Virus record (IMG/VR): IMGVR_UViG_3300011560_000001
Location: 1 to 64,000 of that record
Length of the DNA stretch: 64,000 nucleotides
From: a virus
Lineage: Duplodnaviria > Caudoviricetes
Strand: one strand, 5' to 3'
This document shows, one piece after another, positions 56,957 to 64,000 of this stretch (its first letter is position 1; every line of letters begins with the position of its first letter). The notes below the pieces were generated by a model, which was given only the letters and a program-made list of their open reading frames with translations, made no database searches and had not been told where the DNA came from. Position numbers and translations under genes: made by a program.

Positions 56957-58237
56957 TTATTTGTTTTTCTGACTGGAATCGATCAATTCGAGCTTATGTA
57001 CTGTCTGCAACGTCGCATGCGTTTCCAACCAGACCTGGTGAAGATAAGGCGTATCGTTAAGCCGCTTAACGCGTGTATGTTTGTACAATGTGTTTTCAAA
57101 CAACATGTTCTTACGAAGTCCCCAGCGTGAGTGAAGTACCCATAACGGTTTTTCATAGGTCTGCACGTAAGCCGGTAACTCACCGAGATCGGCTCGAATC
57201 AGTCCTTCCGGTTTCTTACCTAAGAAATATTGTCCTGGTACACCACTTCGCGGTAAAGGTTCTTGTGTAACCTGAATCGATGTTGCTTTGATATACACCC
57301 AGAAACTGCAGGGATGCGTCACCCATGCTTTTAAAGTCTTATCAGACAGTAAACGATTGGCAACAATATCGGACTGCGGGTCTTCTTCGTTCAACAGAAT
57401 ACCGAGAGACGTTAAATCAAGGTATTTGCGGGAGCGGAAGTATCTTTCATACAGAAACATGTTTCTGCAGTTTATTTTTGCCGTCGTATCACTAACAATC
57501 GTGTAGCAATCGTCAAGAAGGTGTAGATATCCCCCGAACACCAGCGCAACGGTTTCATCTTCGGCGACCTTGCGTGGTAACCGCAAGTACATCTCGTCCT
57601 TATACGGCAAGAGCTTCGTGGAATCAGCAATCATCTCTTCCGTGATAGCGTGGATTTCCAAACTCCCGATACGGCTAAAATCAATCATGCCGATATCGTT
57701 TTCTTGGCTACGCTGTGCTGTCTCGAACCCACCCTGGATATAGACACCAACGTCTTTACCGTAGACGTGAGGATGAACATAACCGCCTACAGTGAACAAG
57801 CAGTGTTTGCCGATATTTTCGTAATTCGTATTCGCCTTCGTCAACAGTATATCAGTACGTTCCGACTCAGGGATCGCGTTGCTCGGATGATAGCCGCTAT
57901 TACCGACTTTAGGGAGAAAGCCTACCGTAATAGCATCATGGCAATAAAGCTTGTGGGTTTTAATCGACAGCTCGCCGGGCTGTCCTCGAAGGTTGGTATG
58001 CGCATCCGATTTCGCTTTCAACCACGCATTGAGCGTGTCATTGCTGTTTTGAAGCTCGGATTGAAACGCGTACAGATCAATAACTTGTTGCTGGTCAGCA
58101 TAGCTTTCATGGACCTGGATCTTGAGTTTTTGATACGTTGAGAACAACGTACTCAGGACACTTTCACCCGCCTCAAGTGCTGTCCAGGCCGTGCCAGAAC
58201 CTACGGGTAATCCGTAAGTTTTTACCAATGTATACAT
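56957..58237 (-). CDS. virion structural protein (tail/baseplate-associated)
   Basis: CLFTVGGYVH and LVFGGYLH internal repeat motif; divergent from the fibre genes. Confidence 0.6.
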   Translation of the reverse strand: MYTLVKTYGLPVGSGTAWTALEAGESVLSTLFSTYQKLKIQVHESYADQQQVIDLYAFQSELQNSNDTLNAWLKAKSDAHTNLRGQPGELSIKTHKLYCHDAITVGFLPKVGNSGYHPSNAIPESERTDILLTKANTNYENIGKHCLFTVGGYVHPHVYGKDVGVYIQGGFETAQRSQENDIGMIDFSRIGSLEIHAITEEMIADSTKLLPYKDEMYLRLPRKVAEDETVALVFGGYLHLLDDCYTIVSDTTAKINCRNMFLYERYFRSRKYLDLTSLGILLNEEDPQSDIVANRLLSDKTLKAWVTHPCSFWVYIKATSIQVTQEPLPRSGVPGQYFLGKKPEGLIRADLGELPAYVQTYEKPLWVLHSRWGLRKNMLFENTLYKHTRVKRLNDTPYLHQVWLETHATLQTVHKLELIDSSQKNK

Positions 58238-58341
58238 GGGAGAGGCCCCCTTATTTTATAGTTACAGTAATATTTTACCGCTGTTAACACAGGATACCCC
58301 AGGGTATCCCACACTTACTAACAACTTGTAAAGGGCGCATC

Positions 58342-60495
58342 ATGACAGATGAAATTAAACGCCTTCCGTATAACCCGCAGGGGAATTTGGATGGCGCATG
58401 GGTTCCAGAAGAACTCGTCACTGTCCGTCCTTCCACGGGGACCGGATTTAACTTTCTCGTTCCTAAATACGCACCCTATTTTCGTAATGGGTTAAGGATC
58501 TACAATCCTGAAACAAACGCGTATCTGGAAGAAGGCGTTGACTTTTTATGCACTCACCCCTTCCGTGCCATGGCTGCGCTGACCGGCCTGGAATTATACG
58601 GTTCCATCATGCTGTTGGACACCGCATTCAGTGGACAGTTGCAACTGAACTACTATTCACTGGGGGGTGAGTTTACACTTGATCAACAACAAATTCTTAA
58701 CGTTTTAGCCAACAACCTTTATGACCCTCGCGTTACGTTCTGGGAAAAGGTTGCTGACGTTCCTTCCGTATTCCCACCAATCAACCACCAACATAATGTC
58801 GAAACCGACACGATGACGTGGGACGATGTGGTGGCTGCAATCGAGTCATTGAAAGGACCGCTTGAAGAAGGGTTCAATAAAGCAATGACTGCGTTAGTGC
58901 AGCACGAGAATCGACGTGATAATCCCCATGGCGTCACGAAAGCCCAAGTTGGGTTGGGGAATGTACAGAACTTCACAACAGCGACCGAGAGCGATCTGGA
59001 AACTGTCGGTGAAAATCTGTACATGACGTTGGCGATGACACGTAAGATGATCGCTAACCTTAGCGGCGATAGTGCCGCTGCGCACATCAGTAACCGCAAC
59101 AACCCACACAAGGTGACCAAAGCCCAGGTGGGACTCGGGGACGTTGAGAACTACGGTGTAGCCGATGATAATACAACCGTTACCGGTACAGCCACTAATC
59201 TGTACACGACTCCAGCGGGTGTACGAGCAGCAATCAAGGCAATCACGGACGGCTTAAGTACACGCATCGATCACGTCAACGCTACGTTAACAACCCATAC
59301 CGAGGATAATAGCAACCCTCATGCTGTTACGAAAGCACAGGTAGGGCTGGGGGACGTACAGAACTACGGTGTAGCGTCTAATGGGGAAGCTGGTGCGGGT
59401 GTTGCTAACAACAAATACATGACGCCTGCGACCACAGCCGCCGCTATCGCAGCGCTAATCACCCCAACCGTAACCGAACATATCGGTAGCACCAATAACC
59501 CACATGGGGTGACAAAAGCCCAAGTCGGTCTGGGAAGCGTGCAGAACTTCGGGGTTGCTACTACCCAAGAAGCGATCGACGGTCAGGTTAACAACAAGTA
59601 CATGACACCAATACTTGTTCGTTACGCGATCGAGCAAATGGCTGGTCAAGGGTTCAGTAGTCACATCGCAAACACCGAGAACCCGCACAGGGTGACGAAA
59701 ACCCAGGTTGGGTTGGGGAGTGTTGAGAACTACCCTGTTGCTTCTGATGTGGAAGCACAAACCGGTGTAGCGACCAACCGCTATATGACACCGGCTGCGA
59801 CAAAAGCAGCGATCATCGCTTTAGCAGGTGATGGTTTTGCGGCACACGTTGTCGATAAGAGTAACCCGCATGAAGTAACCAAGGTACAAGTGGGGTTAGG
59901 GAACGTACAGGACTTTGCTGTCGCCACCGACGTGCAAGCTGCCGACAGGACTAACCAGACAGCGTACATGACACCGTACTCGACTTACAAGTCGATTGCA
60001 GCGTTCGCCGCGTTAGCCGATCATACACACACAGCCGAACAGGTCGGCGCGCTCCCTATCAATGGGGGTAAGTTAACCGGACCAATCGATCTTTCAGCAA
60101 CGTCTATCACGGGTACCGGACTCGGTATCGATGGTGCTAATGGTTCAATCAACGTCAATAAGTTGACCGTCAACCAGCTTCTGGAAGCTTACGGCGGTAT
60201 TGAATCCAGCGATACGATCAAAATCCTTAACGATGATGAGACCCCGGCGAACTTCCTTGCTGACGGCGATCTCGAAGGGATCAAATGGGCTAATATCAAT
60301 AGCCAGGAACCCGGAGAGAACGATGAAGGCGTGACAATGCAGAAGATCGGTAAGCTTAGCGATTACCTTAAGAACGACTATTTAACCAGCTTGAAGACGA
60401 ACGCGGCGTTCCGTGACGTTTTCCAAGCGTTACTTAAGGAATTCCTTGCCAACTTCAACGCAGTCATCAAGGCAAAAGACTTCGAAACGTTATAA
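58342..60495 (+). CDS. tail fibre protein with six H-x5-NPH-x-VTK-x-QVGLG repeats
   Basis: Six ~62-aa repeats with YMTP motifs; PSVFPPINHQH and DHTHT His motifs typical of fibre shafts. Confidence 0.85.
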   Translation: MTDEIKRLPYNPQGNLDGAWVPEELVTVRPSTGTGFNFLVPKYAPYFRNGLRIYNPETNAYLEEGVDFLCTHPFRAMAALTGLELYGSIMLLDTAFSGQLQLNYYSLGGEFTLDQQQILNVLANNLYDPRVTFWEKVADVPSVFPPINHQHNVETDTMTWDDVVAAIESLKGPLEEGFNKAMTALVQHENRRDNPHGVTKAQVGLGNVQNFTTATESDLETVGENLYMTLAMTRKMIANLSGDSAAAHISNRNNPHKVTKAQVGLGDVENYGVADDNTTVTGTATNLYTTPAGVRAAIKAITDGLSTRIDHVNATLTTHTEDNSNPHAVTKAQVGLGDVQNYGVASNGEAGAGVANNKYMTPATTAAAIAALITPTVTEHIGSTNNPHGVTKAQVGLGSVQNFGVATTQEAIDGQVNNKYMTPILVRYAIEQMAGQGFSSHIANTENPHRVTKTQVGLGSVENYPVASDVEAQTGVATNRYMTPAATKAAIIALAGDGFAAHVVDKSNPHEVTKVQVGLGNVQDFAVATDVQAADRTNQTAYMTPYSTYKSIAAFAALADHTHTAEQVGALPINGGKLTGPIDLSATSITGTGLGIDGANGSINVNKLTVNQLLEAYGGIESSDTIKILNDDETPANFLADGDLEGIKWANINSQEPGENDEGVTMQKIGKLSDYLKNDYLTSLKTNAAFRDVFQALLKEFLANFNAVIKAKDFETL

Positions 60496-60497
60496 CG

Positions 60498-60538
60498 GAT
60501 GGGTGGGTTCTGCCCACCTTTCCATCTTTTTATTTTTT
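60498..60538 (+). terminator. intrinsic terminator/attenuator between fibre genes
   Basis: GATGG..GGTGGG-TTCTG-CCCACC..CCATC followed by TTTTTATTTTTT. Confidence 0.6.
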
Positions 60539-60553
60539 CGATAGGACGTGAAA

Positions 60554-61063
60554 ATGGGCACAAAAATGAGTGAGTTGGGTGCTCGCATGACGACATGGTA
60601 CACAAGGAAGGATAACCCCAACCAAGTCACCGCAGCGCAAATCGACGCACCCGATAAAAACACAATCGATACGAAAATCGACAAAAAGCTACCTAAGGGG
60701 ATACTCCCCGTAGCGTATTTCGGTGATTGCACTGATATTCGTAACGATCATATCAGCAACGTTACCGCTAGCGGTACGGTAATCTCGTATCCTGAAATAC
60801 CTGTCATGATTGCGGGTACCGACTATATTCTGGCGAAAGGAACGCTAGACATCAAAAATCTTACTTCCGACTGGGCGAACAAGACCGGTTATCTTTTCAT
60901 TCGTCAGAAAGACGGATCGATCGATTGGATCTGGCAGAGTAGTGCTGGGGTCGACACGTCAACAGCGATTCGCGTCGGGCAGGTGAGCTGTAACGCATCA
61001 GGAATCACTTCAGTGGTATTCAACAAAGTCTTCATCCTCGGCCAAAAACGTTACATGGGGTAA
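60554..61063 (+). CDS. short tail-fibre tip subunit A
   Basis: N-terminal DNPNQVTAAQI repeat; the C-terminal domain aligns with the end of the long fibre ORF. Confidence 0.7.
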   Translation: MGTKMSELGARMTTWYTRKDNPNQVTAAQIDAPDKNTIDTKIDKKLPKGILPVAYFGDCTDIRNDHISNVTASGTVISYPEIPVMIAGTDYILAKGTLDIKNLTSDWANKTGYLFIRQKDGSIDWIWQSSAGVDTSTAIRVGQVSCNASGITSVVFNKVFILGQKRYMG

Positions 61064-61067
61064 CCAC

Positions 61068-61553
61068 ATGAAGCTATCAACATTGCTTTCTGAATGGGGA
61101 GCGTATCTCACCCAAAAGAACCCTCACGAGGTAACGCCAACACAAACAAATGTTTACGTTAAGATCGAAGTGGCTCCTAAACTTGCATCGCTTGTTACTC
61201 AGCGTTACCTTCCGTTTCTTTTCTTCAGTCGAAATAAAACGCTTCCGGCAGCCAGTTACAGCAACGGGCAGATCAGTATTGGTCAAGGTACAGCGGAATA
61301 CAACACGATGGTAGGGACAGTACCAGCAACGACTTTGGATGTGTCTGGTATCAGTGAGTCTGTGGGCTGGATCTATCTTGCCGTAACCGATCGTGGTTTT
61401 GTTTACACGCTGAATGATAGCGATAGCAGCTACAAAAACACCATGCGTATCGGTACCTGGAACAAAGTCCAGGGTACATCACATCTTGCTGCAACACGTA
61501 AGGTGGCCACCATCGAGATTGACGATGGTCAGCTTCCCGACTCGCCTATTTAA
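61068..61553 (+). CDS. short tail-fibre tip subunit B
   Basis: N-terminal KNPHEVTPTQ repeat; GWIYLAV...MRIGT aligns with GYLFIR...IRVGQ of subunit A. Confidence 0.7.
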   Translation: MKLSTLLSEWGAYLTQKNPHEVTPTQTNVYVKIEVAPKLASLVTQRYLPFLFFSRNKTLPAASYSNGQISIGQGTAEYNTMVGTVPATTLDVSGISESVGWIYLAVTDRGFVYTLNDSDSSYKNTMRIGTWNKVQGTSHLAATRKVATIEIDDGQLPDSPI

Positions 61554-61565
61554 TCGAGGTGAATA

Positions 61566-64000
61566 ATGGCAATGAAAAAGTTCAGCGAACTGGTGAGTAG
61601 CGTTAATACGCGTATCGCTAGTCGCGACAACCCAACGGGACTAAAAGCGAGTGATCTTGGGGCCTACAGTACCGCTGAGTTCAACACCGAGATGGAAAAA
61701 TACATCGATATCAGCGTAACCGATATCGAACAGGTTGGGGACCAAAGTTATTTTCCTCTGGCAATTGAAGGCTCCGCCGATGGTGCTATCTCCCTAAACG
61801 ACAAATACCGTCGTTACGGCGTATGTCGTGAATCGGACGGTACCATCGTGTTATTGCGTTCAGCAACGAACAGCGTAAAGAAAGGGGTTTACTACGTTAT
61901 CTGTAAAACAGATCAAAACGGGCAAATCACCGAAGTTATCCCAACCAGTCGTCGTTATGAGCCCGCGACGCTCGATCGTATTCCTACGGTGATATACTGC
62001 CACCAGAACGGTATCATGTTAGGTCAAGCTGCTTTTGAAGACGGTAGCAGCCCTAAAATGTTTATCGCATTGACAGACGGAACGTTTGATGCATCCAAAC
62101 ACGTCGCCATGTATCTCGATGGTAGTCTTGCCAACTTTGTTGATACGTCACCGAATGTCTGCTGTTGGGAAATTAACGGTAAAATCTACATCGCTATTGC
62201 TGGCGCTAACAGTTATAAACTCTACTTAAATGTTTATACCGTAACTAAATCTTCCATCGGTCCCAGCGGTGGCAGCGTAGCGGCTACACAGCTTACGAAT
62301 ATTAGCGGTAGAACGATAGAAGGAACGGCGATAAGCAACAGCGCCGAGATGATTGTCTGCAACCGCATAACTGCGAACGATTTCCCTTCTGACGGGATCG
62401 GTCAAATCGTCTGGCGTGCTCAGATTCGTCTGCTCGCAGCAACCAAAGGCACTAAAGCACGCATTCTGATTGCTTCGGCGTGGTGGACGAACAACCGTAA
62501 CAACCGAGCTAAAAATGGGTTGCATCAGTTTTATCTGGATTTTGAAACCACCAACAACAGTTACAGCATGAACCCGGGCGCTGGACAATCGACTTACACG
62601 TCAACCAGCAGCGGTATTGACTGGATAGGACCTTCCAACACAACGGAGGGGACAAGCGCATATAACGATGGTTTCTGGCAATGGGGTTCGGGTAACGGTA
62701 CCGGGAATATCGAAATCAACGAACGTGGTCAGGTAGCCCTTATCCAAAACGACAACTTATCCGCCCCCCAAGCGAGATCGTACACCATCAAAGGTTTCTC
62801 TGGAAACGTGTTCGACGAACTCGCCAAACTCGGCCCGACCGGTGGAAGACAGTACGATTCAAACTGGAAAAGCGTCGGGGATCGCGTCGTTGGTGCGCTC
62901 GCGTCCCATGGTTACCTGGGTTTCTTTTCTAAAAACAAGGTTTTTGTTAACTCGCGTACGGCTGGCGGACAAGGTAATTTTGAGGCTCGTCTAGTGACCT
63001 ATGACTGGAACCTCAATTACCATTATCAGGGCGAGGGTATTAATGTTTACGGTTTTCCGCCTTCCAACAATGTGGTGGTTAGAACAGGTCAAACAGCGTT
63101 ACCTTTCCTAACCGTGCATTTAAGCGATGACAATACGGTGGTTAGCGGGTCTTATTTAACCGATGCGGTCCTAACAAGCAAAATCGGTTACGACGCAACC
63201 AAACTTGCACCATCCGGTGAAGCCATCAGCATAACCGCAGCGAATCTGCAGGCAGGCGGTCAGCTTGTGTGGAACGCATATACAGGATCTAAGTTATCAG
63301 GGGTAAGTCAATGGCGACATGCGTTAGCAGTGCCTCCAGATGGTACAAACGCGCCCTGTATCCTGTTTGTTGCTGGCTGTAATACCAGCACACGCGTACA
63401 TGGACGAATCGCTGCAGAGGTTACCGTATCCGCGCGTAAAGGTTCGATTACGGTGACGGGCGTAACCAAATTGCTGGGTTATGTCGAAGAACCCGATTCA
63501 ACAAATATCGGTAGTCAGGATGCTGCCTGGGGTGTATTAGCTTACAAGAAGGTGAGTGATGGATGGCTTGTTGCGGGACATGTTCCGTACTCCCGTCAGT
63601 CTGCAGGGAACCAGAACACATATCAGTTCCGAGCTGGGCGACAAAACGATGGGAACTGGACAACCATCGCATTTGAAGGTATGTATGCTTACCTACAGAC
63701 AAGCGGCTATCGCTGGAACGTACATCCGGTGTGGGGAATCGGTTATGTTGATACCGCCGTCTCTACGGTGATGGGTAATGGCGGGCAGGTCTTTAACGCT
63801 GTCGGTAATTCCGTTGCGGAATATACAGCCCTCGCTGTTAAAAATCGTTATATGGTTTCTACGGTCGTTGCCGCTTCCGGCTACGATATCTACGTCAACG
63901 AAGATATCACCTGCTTGTTTGCCGGTAAAGTCATGACCCTACCTAAAGGCCATTATAACCTAAAAGACTATAATAGCTCACCAGGTAATAAAACATGGTA
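61566..64000 (+). CDS. long tail-fibre/receptor-binding protein (partial, >810 aa, no stop in the window)
   Basis: GAGGTG RBS, ATG 61566; MAMKKFSELV...RDNPTGLKASDLGAY N-terminus. The frame checked at both ends is the same, and it is absent from the ORF track because it has no stop. G/S/T/N-rich beta body. Confidence 0.85.
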   Translation, partial: MAMKKFSELVSSVNTRIASRDNPTGLKASDLGAYSTAEFNTEMEKYIDISVTDIEQVGDQSYFPLAIEGSADGAISLNDKYRRYGVCRESDGTIVLLRSATNSVKKGVYYVICKTDQNGQITEVIPTSRRYEPATLDRIPTVIYCHQNGIMLGQAAFEDGSSPKMFIALTDGTFDASKHVAMYLDGSLANFVDTSPNVCCWEINGKIYIAIAGANSYKLYLNVYTVTKSSIGPSGGSVAATQLTNISGRTIEGTAISNSAEMIVCNRITANDFPSDGIGQIVWRAQIRLLAATKGTKARILIASAWWTNNRNNRAKNGLHQFYLDFETTNNSYSMNPGAGQSTYTSTSSGIDWIGPSNTTEGTSAYNDGFWQWGSGNGTGNIEINERGQVALIQNDNLSAPQARSYTIKGFSGNVFDELAKLGPTGGRQYDSNWKSVGDRVVGALASHGYLGFFSKNKVFVNSRTAGGQGNFEARLVTYDWNLNYHYQGEGINVYGFPPSNNVVVRTGQTALPFLTVHLSDDNTVVSGSYLTDAVLTSKIGYDATKLAPSGEAISITAANLQAGGQLVWNAYTGSKLSGVSQWRHALAVPPDGTNAPCILFVAGCNTSTRVHGRIAAEVTVSARKGSITVTGVTKLLGYVEEPDSTNIGSQDAAWGVLAYKKVSDGWLVAGHVPYSRQSAGNQNTYQFRAGRQNDGNWTTIAFEGMYAYLQTSGYRWNVHPVWGIGYVDTAVSTVMGNGGQVFNAVGNSVAEYTALAVKNRYMVSTVVAASGYDIYVNEDITCLFAGKVMTLPKGHYNLKDYNSSPGNKTW

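Noticed and set aside
58342-64000. Diversity-generating retroelement or invertase shufflon acting on the fibre genes
   Set aside because: No reverse transcriptase or recombinase, no near-identical TR/VR pair with A-specific mismatches, and no inverted crossover sites seen in the window.
1-64000. tRNA, rRNA or chimallin/tubulin genes
   Set aside because: No cloverleaf or rRNA-like stretch was found by eye in the short intergenic gaps. The nucleus-shell and PhuZ genes are not recognisable in this window, so nucleus formation is inferred only from family membership.

Overview
This is a 64-kb segment of a phiKZ-like (Chimalliviridae-type) jumbo myophage. Highly expressed genes have enterobacterial-type codon usage, so a gammaproteobacterial host is inferred. 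In order, the window holds: the exonuclease/motif-A half of a split family-B DNA polymerase, interrupted at motif A by a group I intron (1005-2766, minus) carrying a NUMOD4-HNH-NUMOD1 homing endonuclease; a block of about 10 internal head/ejection proteins with E|[S/G/A][F/Y] prohead-protease sites; baseplate/tail genes; an R-S-E-type ADP-ribosyltransferase-like gene; a DnaB-like helicase; the major capsid protein (MCP); the N-terminal beta fragment of the non-virion RNA polymerase; the portal; a baseplate protein; three paralogous baseplate/fibre adaptors; and tail-fibre genes (the last runs off the window). The top observation is a probable UGA read-through of the MCP stop into a 28-codon extension. 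That extension carries the same 13-residue L-x-x-I-I-x4-L-D-G-L peptide found in the three adaptors and, in five copies, at the C-terminus of the baseplate protein, which suggests a shared peptide-docking system on head and baseplate. Other highlights are a covarying 32-nt hairpin family flanked by CATA/TATG at transcription-unit ends, a probable heterotrimeric fibre tip, and a leader-peptide switch. phiKZ gp equivalences come from motifs and synteny as recalled; no database search was run.
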